Source of the DNA: Trichoplax adhaerens
Taxonomy: Eukaryota; Animalia; Placozoa
Assembly: GCF_000150275.1 (NCBI RefSeq)
Contig: NW_002060964.1
Span: 549,643-613,642, forward strand
Direction of reading: 5' to 3'
Length of the DNA stretch: 64,000 nt
Below, one piece after another: positions 51,573-64,000 of this stretch. The position numbers and the translations under genes were made by a program. The notes under the pieces were generated by a model, which saw only the letters and a list, made by a program, of their open reading frames with translations, ran no database searches and was not told the origin of the DNA. Within the stretch, counting starts at the first letter, position 1; the number at the start of each line of letters is the position of its first letter.

Positions 51573-53269
51573 GCTAGTCATTCAAGTCCATCTTGAAATG
51601 ATGGATAAAGATAGTGCGGTATTAGTTGCGGGCAGATGCGAATAGAGTAGGATACTATAGGTATCACTAAATCATACGTGGCCTCTAGATGTTATTTCTG
51701 TTGTTTAATATCGCTTTGATTATGTTATATGAAGATTGTAAAAATACATACAGTACTATGCCATATAGTAAGCAAAATTAATTTTAGAGAAATTAAATTG
51801 AAACGTAACAACTTCATTTCAATTTCAGCAGCCGAAATCCATGCAATGACAACTATCTAGTCTAGTGAAGTCGTAATCGATTCCTTGAAAAGATAATTTT
51901 TATCTTAATTCATACTGCAGCCCTAATCGTACATCGTTAAATCAATCGATTCTCAAACTCCGATGACAATAAGGGTGCTTGAGAAATGCTTTACTTAGAA
52001 ATAAAATTGAAACGCATAGAACATCACGAGAATAAGTTTACGGTTCTTCTGATAGCTGCCTCTAACTCGTGGTATTTAAAACTGACATTTCTCTCGAAGA
52101 CTTGTTCTAAACGATAAAACTTTATAGATGAAATAAACTATCTAGAAAGGGGTATGATTATACGTCTACCGGCACAAATGATAGCTAACAATTCAATAAA
52201 TTGCCTCAAAATAGATGGTACTATAGCAAGTCTACTCGTGGCTCTAACGGTTACTGCAATCTCATGGGTCATTAAGATTGACTATCGTCTTTATTTAAAC
52301 GGTATTTGAACCGGTTAAAATCGTAGTACAGTAATAAAGTAGCCTGTAAAGAAATTTGTGACAATCGGCACACTGGTATTTCACAAATTAAACGTGATTT
52401 TAACCGATAGGGCGTTAATAATTATTTCTAACCTGATGATAAATTCCTTTTTTTAATTATCTTCGATCCTGATCGAAGTATGCCGCGGTAGAAATTTCTG
52501 TGAACCGGCATACCACGAGTAATCTTTATATAAGGTACAAAGAGTAAAATTTAAAATAACAAATGCATCCATGCATGAATTGATTATGAAAAAATTTGTC
52601 TTAAATAAATAAAAAATGATTGAAAGCAAGGTAATTTTGCACACATTAACGAGGAAATTACGGTATAGCAATAGGAAAAAATTAATTGATGCGTCAAACT
52701 GTTTTACATTGAGGCTTAAACATCGGTCTAAAATTCTCCGCTAGCTGATTATTATAATGAGTTGCCAATACTAATTTGCATATATCCCCATATTTTAATA
52801 TGCCATTAACTTAAATTATTTAGGTACTGTAAGAGTAATGGAGTAGTGTACTATAAGAGATAGTAGCTTGAAACTAGATACCACATTGTTTAACATTGGC
52901 TATAATTGCGCTAAATTCGAAAATTGGATAGCAGAAGTGGCATAGTTGTAGTACTCTTTAGATATTTGAATTACTCGACAATTGATACTGTCAATAGGTT
53001 ACTTACACTAATATTTAATATAGTCAGTAACATGCTCTAACAACTTGCAAAGGTCCTTTAATAACTATGCAATGAAAATAAGCATTCCTGAACAGTCACA
53101 GCGTATAATTTAATAAGCAAAATTACCAGAAAATGGATCAGATCGTTAATCTGATACTGGACTTGCGATCATATGATTAGAAAAATGTATTACTTGCTAG
53201 AATTGTCAGCATGATAGACTGTAATCATTAAATGTGGACTGAGTAGATGATTCGATCTTGAATGTATGA

Positions 53270-55892
53270 ATTTACTGTAATGTATATTTATGTCCATCAT
53301 AATCACGTAATGTAATACCGCTGAAAATATCGTCATAATAAATGATTTTTGAAAGTATGTGCACTGTTTTTATCCTAACTAGAACTTCTACCGTCACATA
53401 CATATCGTATACAATAGTAACTTATGCCATAATGATGCAGGTATTTCAAAAAAGTCTAAAATTTGTTTAATCGATCGCTACTTTATTATTTGCAAAATTA
53501 GTAAGGAATAACTCAATGATCAGATACGATCAACTAATAACGGTACACTACACCTTAGTAAGAAATGATTTCCGGTACTATATTTAAGTTTATTGTGCAG
53601 TCAGTGAGTCTCTAATTTTAGTTCATAAAAGTTTCTAATCTATAATATCTATCACTTTTACGCTACATTTTTTGTTAGGTTAGTAATGCTGCAAGCAATC
53701 AGTACACCGAGTAATCATCATCTATGACCGTAATTCAGTGCTGTCGTCATGAACTATTACACTATTCCGATGAAAGGGATTTGATCACTTAAAAATGCAG
53801 TAATCATAATTACTTTGGTTATCTACGCCAAAGGTTTAATAACGTACTCAAATATCTTTGTAGTTGCTTGTAAACTACCACCACAGCTCAATTCCGCAAA
53901 TAGCCTCAATAGATTGTAGTACAAGTAGTAAAGAATGTTGCTGGCGCTCTTTAGTGGACAATTCTTAGTAATAGCAATAATCTAATAATGACGTAAAGTA
54001 ATTGTATTTTTTAGTCTACACCAATAAACAGCCAATAAGTAGTAGGCTAAAGCTCTTAAGATACTAGAGATACCTTCCAGTCTAGTTAGAACTAAAAATA
54101 TGAACAAAGTTTGATATTTTATTCTACACTATTGAAATTTGATTAACACCGGCTGTAACCGGTTGCTGTGGTATTATAGCCGTAGATCAAGATGATAAAC
54201 TCAGATAACTAATCCTATCCATTAATGATCGAGCATGTGAAGAGTTTATTCGAAACGGCATTACTTAGGTGTTTATGCCACCACTAAAAACATAGCTGAT
54301 TTTATCGCTGTGGTAACTGGTATATTACTTGAACGGAACAACTAGTTTTCGTACTAGAAACTTTATGTACTGTAGCAGCTACATTATTTATCGTTACAAG
54401 CAATTGAGTTAAGGCTAACACTTGGATGATCATAGCATAAGGTCAGTGTTGCTGTTAGGTTGTGACACAATCATAAGTAAGATGGCGGCGCTAGACTTGA
54501 GTGGACTAGGGGTATCAGGAATTATATTCAGTCGTTGGGATAGTTGCATATTATTAGAGGATAATTTTTTAATCGATATTCTAAGAGCTGGCTGTGTACA
54601 TATAGCTTACCTGGTCAAAGTTCTACTATTGTAATATTCAACAATATAATTTAGGTAATAACCCATCTTTAACCACTACACTGAAAGGCTAATTATTGGG
54701 TGATTAGTTTATAGAGTAGAGCTAGAAGTAGTACGTTATTACATGGGCTTACGATCGTATGATAACAAAAATATTCTGCATGCTAGAATTTTCAGCGCGT
54801 TCGATTGTAATATAATCATCGCTTGCCGACCGATTAAATGATTCGATCGCATGATAACGAAAATATGGTGTATGCTACAATTTTCAGCGCGATCGATTGC
54901 AATCTTATCATTGCTTCAGGACTAATTAAATCTTGATCGTATAAAATCGCTTTAATGTATATTTATGTCCATCATTATGACGTAATAATAAGCGATCTAA
55001 AGTATACAAGCTATTTTTATTCTTAAATTTCTACCATTACGTATATACCATATGCAATAGTGGCTTACGTCATGATGATGCAAGATATTACAGAAATAGT
55101 CTAAAACTTATTTAATAATCGCTACTTTATTATTTGCAAAATTGACAAGGAATAACTAAATGATCAGATACGATCAACTCATTACCCTACGCCTTAGCGA
55201 GAAATAATTTCTAGTGCTATATTTAACTTTATTGTGCAGTCAGTGAGTCTCTAACTTTAGCTGATAAAGGTTTCTAATCTATAATACCCATCACTATTAC
55301 GATTCGTTTTTGTTACGGTAGCAATGCTGCAAGTAATCAGTACATCTGGTAATGATCGTCTATGACCTTAATTCAGAGCTATCATCATGAACTATTACAC
55401 TATCCTGATGACATGGAATGGATCATTTAATATGCAACAATCATAATTATACTGGTTATCCACGCCAAAGGTTTAATAACGTACTCAAATATCTCTGTAG
55501 CTACTTGTAAACTACCAACATAGCTCAATTTCGTAAATAGCTTCAATAGATTGTAATCCAAGTAATAAAAAATATTACTAGTGCTTTTTAGTGAAAAGTC
55601 ATCGTAGGAACAATAATTCACAATGACGTAAAGTAGTTATACTTTTCTATCTACACTATTGATCGAGTATATAAACAATTTATTTAAAACAGCGCTATTT
55701 ACGCATTTATGTAGTCATTAAAATTATGTAGACGCTTTTATTACTGTGGTAACAGCAATATTACTTAAATAGAACATCTAGTTTTTATACTAACGACATT
55801 GTGCTTGCTAACCGCCACATGATTGATCATAAAAGGCAATTAAATAAAGACTAATACTTGGATAATCATACCATAAGGTTGGTGTTGCTATT
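53270..55892. repeat. Local about 1-kb duplication: 53270-54456 is similar to 54945-55892
   Basis: Long shared blocks such as tttattgtgcagtcagtgagtctctaa, acgccaaaggtttaataacgtactcaaatatct and atcagatacgatcaact. Confidence 0.85.
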
Positions 55893-56873
55893 ATGCCACT
55901 TTTCAAACTAACACAGGCAATGGCTACAAATATCAGTAAACAGTAATTTAAATTATTTATTTTAAAAATTAAATGGAACATAAAATTTACATATTGATAG
56001 CACTAAAGCGCCTCATAGCAGTATTTACGATACTTAGCAGATAACTGTATTGAAATTAGAATGAAAAGTCCGAATATTGTAATTAAAACAAAAGGATACT
56101 AGTTTTTCATTGTTAAACAATTTTATGATACTTACTTAAATCAAATAGTCACTAATCTAATTTTACTAACCCTTACTATCTCTTTTGCAAGGAAGAAATT
56201 TAATATACATGATTTGATATAGCGATAAAACAAAATAAAAATTTGAAAGTTTATCCACGTCGCCTGTCCATAGTTCAACTGATGATTTTTTTGCTCATGT
56301 TGATCTAATGATAAAATAAGCGTATGAGAACCATGTTAAATTTAATATTATTAAATAATTAGATTAAGATGAAAGATTTTCTCCTAAGTTTTCCTAACGT
56401 TATAATATTTCTAATCATAAACTAGCTTACTCCTATTTCATAGTAGTTGTAGAATAAATAAAATTCGTAACAAAATATAAAGCACTCATAACATTTAGCG
56501 TTAATCTGAATAGCCATTATTAAATCGGCTAAAACTACACCGTAGTAAAATTTAGTCTGAATAAAATTCCTATATTATATCTAATTTATTACGGTACACA
56601 ATAATGCTTGATTACTAAAAGTACATTAACTAATAACTAGCTAAAAACATTGACAATCACAACAGCACTTAAAATATCGGCATCATAATTAGCACTTGAG
56701 AATATAGTCACAAAAATCATATCGGATTTACTTCACCGAGTTGAAGCGTAGTATACAGAAACAGCCAACAATACTTTATATCGATCAATCTATAGTATAC
56801 TATAACAGATATAGCTATATTACACGCAAAAACAAGAATTCTTGATCTTAAAACATAATTTTACTGAAGATAC

Positions 56874-57130
56874 TTACTTATTGATGCCGATCCTTTCTGC
56901 TAGGGGACCAAGGTCGCTTTTAACTAAAGCATCGATCAATTTTGGCTTTGTCAGTTTACAAGTTGGGTTTTTGTAGCATCGGTATAACATTTCATAGCAT
57001 TGTTCTTCAATACCATTTATTTCTTTAGCAATTTTTCTAACTTCGTTGTAGTCCATGTCTAACTCTATAGCCAACCTTCGCCAGTCTACGCCTAAATCTC
57101 TATAAATTTCTTTTATGCATAATAAAATAT
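56874..57130 (-). CDS. Death-domain terminal exon of TPR gene B
   Basis: DILLCIKEIYRDLGVDWRRLAIELDMDYNEVRKIAKEINGIEEQCYEMLYRCYKNPTCKLTKPKLIDALVKSDLGPLAERI matches the DD consensus (LG.DW..LA..L......I......EQ.Y.ML..W......t...Li.AL......lae.i). Confidence 0.85.
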
Positions 57131-60100
57131 CTGTAATAAAGTAAAGTAGTTGATATAAATTAGGTCCCTTTAACAATTGTTTATTAACTAATAAGAATAG
57201 TTATGCGAGACATCACGGTTTCATTTGCAAAAATATATACGCATAACATTAAATAGATTTAATATTATATCTTGCAGTTACTTTAAAATAGCCCATTAAT
57301 ATAAGCGCTTGTAAGGTATACTGTACTCTAGCTGCAAGGTTAATTTAGTCATTTTAAATTATTACGGTACTAAAATAATCTGCATCGCCGTCGATATTTG
57401 CTCCAACGTTTTAATATTAAAATAGTCAATTTTTTGCAACCTTCAGTGGATTGCTCACTACTAAATATTAGTTCATTCTGCAATCAATATTTCGCACCAA
57501 CATTACCCAAATGATGAAACATATTTTATAATAAACTAAAATAAGGCCTTAACATGTTTACTTAGTAGTAAGGATAAAATTGATATACAATATATAAAAG
57601 TTACCTGATGAATGAGCAGGAATATTGATGAAATGTCGATCTTTTATGTCGTCTTGTCCATGATCCCGAAAAGCTACGGATACTTGTCGCATAGTAGCAG
57701 CTTCATCAAGTTGTTGTAGTGCATCATGAGAATCCGCTATATTATCGTATAAGCTTGCTATTTTGGGATTACTATCGCCAAATAAAAAATTTAAAATATC
57801 CATCGCTTTTCGATAAAACGATAAAGCATCTTCAAATTTACTTTGACAAAAGTAAATTTTAGCCTTATTTCGATAAGAGTTGGCAGTATAAAGATGATTT
57901 TCACATAATTGATCCCTACTAATTCTCAATGAACGCTCACACATAGCCAAAGCCTCATCATATTTACCTTGCTCCGTATCGATAATAGCAATGCTATTAT
58001 AAGACATAGCAATGATGGGATGCTCATTACCAGCAAACTTTCTGACGTAGCTTCTACATGACTTTTCATGCATCGCGAAAGACTCTGCATACTTTCCTTG
58101 CTTATAACGAGCATATCCCATACAGCCATATGACATAGCTATATCAGGATGATCTTCACTTAATGACTTCTTTTGAATGTTAAGCGATTTCTCATGTAAA
58201 CTAAGAGCCTGATCGACTTTTCCTTGCTTACTGTAGACAAGGCCAATTTCATTATATAACCGAGCCACGATGGGACAGCTATCACCAAGTTTTGCAATAT
58301 AAATCTCTAGCGACTTGTTATACATAGCAAGAGCGGTGTCTAATTTATGTTGAATGTAATATACATATCCAATACTGTTAAAGGATTTCGCGATATCAAG
58401 GTGTTTATTATCGTGAACTGTTAATCGAATTTTGAACGACTTTTCAAGCGAAGAAAGAGCATGATCATACTTGCATTGATATGTATAGGCAACTCCAATA
58501 TTATGATGAGACTCTGCAATATCCGGATGATTGCTACCTAGGACCGATAATCGAATTTTAAGTGACTTTTCATGGTTAGAAATAGCCTCTTGATACTTTC
58601 CCTGACTCTGGCATACAAGGCCAGTGTTGTTATATGACTGTGCAATATCAAGATGGTCATGGCTAAAAAAAGACGTTTGAATTCTAAGTGACTTTTCAAA
58701 GTTAGATAAAGCCTCATCGTAGTTGGCTTGATCATTATAGATAAATCCTTTATTGTTATATAACTGTGCAATTTTTGGATGATTGTGGCCTAATGCTGAA
58801 GATATTATTTCGTATGATTTGTCGTACATGGAAAGAGCATCTGTGTACTTGCCTTGATTGGAATAGACATCGCCTTTATTATTGTATGATTGTGCAACAT
58901 CAGGATGACTGTGACCTAGGGCTGCTAATTGAATTTCAAGTGATTTCTCATACATAGATAGAGCCTCGTTATCCTTGCCTTGGTTCTTGTAGACAATTCC
59001 GATGTTGTTGTAGGATTTGGCAACATCGGGATGATGGTGACCAAGAACGGATAATTGAATTGCAAGAGATTTCTCATACTCTGTAAGAGCTTCCCTATAT
59101 TTGCCTTGATTCATGTAGACAAGACCCTTACTATTATAAGACTGTGCAACATCAAGATGATCATAACCAAGAACTAATATTTGAATTTCGAGTGATTTAT
59201 TGATCATTAAAAGAGCTTCTTCATGCTTGCCTTGACTAGTAAGTACAGCTCCTTTGTTATTATATGTTTTTGCGACATCAGGATGGTGATGACCAAGGAC
59301 TGATAACTGGATATCAAGTGATTTCTTAAACTCAGAAAAGGCCTCATCATATTTGCCTTGATACTTATACACAATTCCAAACTTATTGTATAACTTGGCA
59401 ATATCAGGATGATTGTGATCAAGAACTTTTTTCTGAATTTTGAGCGATTTCTTGTACTCTGAAATAGCCTCTTCATATTTACCTTGATTACACAAGACAG
59501 ATCCCTTATTACCATGTGATAAAGCAACCTGAGCATGTTCATAGCCTAAGGTTGATTGTTGAACTTTGAGCGATTTGTCATACTTTGTCAGAGCATTGTC
59601 ATATTCACCTTGATTCATATAGACGAGACCAATGTTATTATGGCACTTGGCAACATCAGGATGATTGCGACCCAGGATAGACGATCGAATTTTTAAAGAC
59701 TTCTCATATACGGAAAGAGCCAATTTATGCTTGCCTTGAGCATTGTATACATTTCCTATGTTGTTGTATGTCTTGGCGATATCAAGATGATTTTCACCAA
59801 GAACGCATGATTGAATCTCGGTAGCTTTCTCATATTCAGAAAGAGCCATAGTATACTTGCTTTGATTAAAATAAACTGCTCCTTTGCAATTATATGTTTT
59901 TGCGACATCTGGATGATTACTACCAAGAGCTTCTATTTGAAGTTTTAGTGAATTTTCATGTTGAGTAAGAGCTTTGTCGTATTTTCCTTGATCGTTATAG
60001 ACAGCTCCAAAGTTGTTGTAGGAAATTGCAACATCTGGATGATGATGACCAAGAACTGATAATTGAATATCGAGAGACTTTTGGTAGATAGATAGAGCAT

Positions 60101-61591
60101 CTTCATGCTTGCCTTGATTAGAATAGACATCTCCAATATTATTATAGGACTGTGCAAGATCAGGGTGATTACCTTCGAGAACTGATGATTGAATCTTTAG
60201 CGCCTTTTGATACTTAGAAAGAGCCTCAACATCCTTACCTTGGCTTTTATAAATACTTCCAATGCTAATATACGTTTTTGCAACATCTGGATGATCGTAT
60301 CCAAGGCTCATATGTTGAATTTTAAGTGCCTTGTTGTGCACAGAAAGTGCTTCTTCGTGATTACCTTGATTGTTATTTGTATTTCCCATATTATTGTAAG
60401 ATTTTGCAACTTCAGGATGTTCGTAACCGAGAACAGCTCCTTGAATTTTAAGAGACTTGTTATACATAGAAAGAGCCTCATCGTACTTTCCTTGGCAATC
60501 ATACACCTTTCCCTTGCTGTTATATAACTTAGCAATATCAGGATGCTGATGACCAAAGACTGACGATTTAATCTTGAACGATTTTTCATACTCGGAAAGT
60601 GCTTCTTCATACTTGCCTTGATGAAAATAGACGTTGCCTATGTTTTGTAAAGACTGTGCAACATCGGGATGTTTGTCGCCAAGGATAGATAATTGAATTT
60701 TGAGTGCATTATTGTGCAAAGTAAGAGCTTCTTCGTGCTTGCCTTGATCATCCTTAACATTTCCCATATTACCATACGACTTGGCAATATCTGGATGATT
60801 GTCATCAAAGACTGCCTTTCGAATATTTAACGCCTTCTCATACATATCTAGAGCTTGAACATGTTTTCCTTGCTTAGAATAGACATCTCCCATGCTGGTA
60901 CGAGTCTGTGCAATATCAGGGTGACTATGATCCAAGACTAAAATTGAATTTGTAATGATTTTTGATGCTTTGAAAAAGCTTCGCTGTATTTGCCTTGATT
61001 TTGATAGACAATTCCCATATTATTGTGGCATTTTGCAATGCCTTGATTATTGACATCGACGGCTGACGTAAGAAATTTCAATGAATTTTCATACGAGCTA
61101 ATAGCTTGGTCATATTTACCTTGATGATTATAAATTGTTCCAATTAGACTATGAGAATTTCCGACGTTTAATTTGTCGTCACTAGAATATTTTAATTTCA
61201 TATCCAGTGATTTAGTATAATCACTTAAGGCTGCATCCAATTCCCCTTGTAACTGTTTAATTTCGCCTTGTCTATCTTGACATTTAGCGATTTTCATTTT
61301 ATCTTCTAATTTTGCAGCTATTTTTTTCGCTTGCAGGCACCATTCTTCGCCTTTCATCCAATCACATCGTTGTATATATATGTCACTAAAACTAAGATAA
61401 AGTTCACATTGAAAGCGATCAAGTTCATCAAGGTTATTAGGGCTTCCGGATATAGTTTTAATCATTTCATGGATTTTATTATAACAAGACTCTGCTTCGT
61501 CAAGCTTGCCAGATTGGTAAAATTGAAGACCGTCTTCGCGTAGAGCTTTTAACTTTTTGGAAATCTCAAATTTACTCGATTGATTGCCCAT
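56874..61591 (-). CDS. N-myristoylated TPR-array protein with C-terminal Death domain (TPR gene B); 1-bp frameshift at about 60940
   Basis: ORFs 60938-61591 (MGNQSSK, in-frame TAA two codons upstream) and 57558-60935 are one gene broken by a single missing base; together they hold 27 TPRs. Donor TCAG|GTAAC at 57605/57604 joins in phase 1 to acceptor TTACAG|AT at 57130. Confidence 0.8.
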
Positions 61592-64000
61592 TTTTTATTG
61601 CCTAAAGGAGAAAAGATCGATTCGATGCTAATTATTGTTAGAATACACTTCAATTTGTAACTGTGAAGATGAATAAGTGGAAAATTATAATCATCAATTC
61701 AGTATTCCAAGATGGTCACCGTTAACTGGTTAGATTGCTTCGATTTTAGATGAGTTAAAATTGCTTCTTGCTATATGTTACCGTACTCTACCTGTCTACT
61801 GACTGTATAATATGCATTCGTATAAGGCCATCAACCCGGAAGCAAGCGCCCGAAGTTGAATATCATTTGTAACATATAAATACTATATATAATAAGGATG
61901 CATATAATTAACATCAAATTAGCATAATATCCTTTAAATATTACCATATGATGACTATAAATTTCATACCGCTGAAGGTAACTGGAAAATTACGTAATGA
62001 TCTCTTGAGCATTGAGCATTCTACTCTCCACTTCAATTTAATAATAGCGATAGTTGATTTTTGTTAGCACGTTTCTAGCTGGATTTAAGATCAGAGTCTA
62101 GCATAAAACGAGAATCGTGTCAAGCTTAGAATGGGATCCAAATAGTAATGTAGGCGACCATTTTCCTCTTCTAATTCTCTATCTTGGATGGGGAATGGAG
62201 CGGCTATAGTAGCAATAAAAACCAGTAATGGCTACCATGGCGACTATGACCAGGGCGTTGGCCAGTAATTACCTATCTGAGTATAAATCTGCGGTACTTT
62301 GCTTTCAGTACGTAGTAGATTTAAATATTGGTTGCATTATTATTCAGTTTATTTAAAGTTTGTATGCAAGCAATGGTGATTGATATAAATAGAAGTGATA
62401 GCTGTAGTTTCAAATGCAGCTATCGAATCTTCAACAGATTCTATGGATTGCATCTATTGCTATACCTTGACTCACATATCATAAAGACACGACATAGTAC
62501 GCTTGGCTAAATCATTTCTTCCTGGAAAATCAATACTAGATCTCGATCAGGATTGGACGCGCATCTGCAAGTTTATTCATTATCATTGGCATTATATCTT
62601 GATTGATAATATGTGATAATTTTTATTAATTTGTGCCTTTCTTTGCTAGGGGCGGAGGCGGAGGGGAGACTACTTTGCATTCTAGAATGGCCGCACCTTA
62701 CCTACAAAAAATAAGGGATGCTTCTAACTGGAGCATTTTAATTTTCTGAGATATTTTCACAGTCACTACAACCTGTAGCTTTTCTATAACTGACAAAGAA
62801 AGCTGTAGTTTATAGCTAGTATCGACAAAATCGTAAGCAACTAGCGTCTACATCATAGAGAATACGAACAAATTATATATTTAATTGCACGACAACTGGA
62901 TCCAGGAAACCGCTAGAATATTTAATTGATATAAATTGAGGAAATATAGCGCTATTAAAATATTATTTTCAATTTTTCCATCTTAATAGCATCAAGATCG
63001 ATTATTTCAGTCAATTTATTGATATTACTAATTTAGTTACATATAGGCCACTCTAATTGGGCTAACAATAAATTTAAAAAGGAAACACATTTAAAATTCT
63101 TTAAAATAAGTAGCCTTTTCTATCCAATTCTTTTACATTACGTGAAATAGGGGTGTCCAAGGTTTGTAACGTGCAATAATGCCATTACGTATAAGTAATT
63201 CTTTAAGGTATTAAACTGCTAAGATCCCTAAATGCAATAATTTATCTTAAAGTATTTATTTACAAGCGAATTAGAATAATTATTATTCTTGACAAAATTT
63301 GTTAAATAATCGTTCTATTTAATGCTAGTGTCGTCATCAGTTTACTTACCAGCTTATCATTTATTTCTACTAACATTATTCATCAGAACTGTTTCATTGA
63401 TTAATGGCAACCTGATATTCATTTGCACCGTGCAAGTTCAAAGAGTTCTTTATTAAAACAAGGGGTCGATTAATCCATCTAATCTGTAAATATTCCTATA
63501 ATGTTACTTCAATATGCTGGAACTATTATTGATATTGGATTTCTTTAATCATACACGTAAGATGCCATATGGTTTAATTTCATGAATTTGTACCAGTAAT
63601 TAACCTTTAACATTAGTCTTACGATACCAGAAATAGAACTGCTGTGCTTGATATCTTCTGAAGCCAGATATGTCTAATCATAGCCAATAAATAAATAAAA
63701 ATAGAAAGCCTTCATTGCTATAGCTTTCAGTTAAACTGCTTGATCTTGCTATCATACATTTAGAAAGTCCTCATGTTTTTATACACAACTTAAGCATTAC
63801 CTACTGTAACGTGGTATATAAATTATTTATTATTAAGACACTAATCTATACGCTTTTGCAATCAACTCGTAATTTATAACCTGTAAGCTAAGTGCTACGT
63901 TATAACAGGGTTCAATATTTATGTAAATCTCAACGATACTCGAATGACTATAACCAGTGCAGTAATTTGCAGAATTTGCAATTTAAAAATTGGAAATACA

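Noticed and set aside
46227-61543. Short ORFs overlapping the TPR genes (alternative frames and antisense)
   Set aside because: Shadow ORFs produced by the repetitive coding sequence, with no independent features.
45861-61591. Calling the TPR genes NPHP3 or kinesin light chain orthologs
   Set aside because: Only the 42-aa repeat type is shared. There is no NPHP3 NTPase/coiled-coil region or KLC heptad region, and the repeat number is far higher.
62649-62668. GC-box-like GGGCGGAGGCGGAGGGG as the promoter of TPR gene B
   Set aside because: About 1 kb from the ATG across an unmapped 5' UTR intron, and cannot be tied to a start site from sequence alone.

Overview
AT-rich eukaryotic (animal) genomic DNA with short GT-AG introns. 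The compact introns and the long single-exon 42-aa TPR genes resemble a placozoan (Trichoplax-like) genome; this is inference, not verified. The ORF track misses most genes because they are spliced, so I assembled the exons by hand. (1) 1-27.5 kb, + strand: a tandem array of four prosaposin/SP-B-like genes (signal peptide-SapA-3xSapB-SapA; copy 1 is 5'-truncated by the window) plus a fifth intact SapB-SapA cassette. One paralog has lost its N-terminal SapA, and a conserved linker peptide (IESILAPGAVRNVK) is expanded to 5 copies in another. (2) 36.4-42.6 kb, + strand: a 13-exon equilibrative nucleoside transporter (SLC29) with a long N-terminal tail and altered binding-site residues. (3) 45-61.6 kb, - strand: two tandem paralogous genes encoding a predicted N-myristoylated (MGNQxxK) array of about 27-28 42-aa TPRs. 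Each is joined through the same phase-1 splice donor to a different death-fold terminal exon, a CARD in one and a Death domain in the other. This Myr-TPR-death-fold pair with interchangeable effector exons and no NTPase domain is the best candidate for an undescribed system (putative innate-immune or cell-death receptors). Many local minisatellites and segmental duplications fill introns and intergenic DNA.
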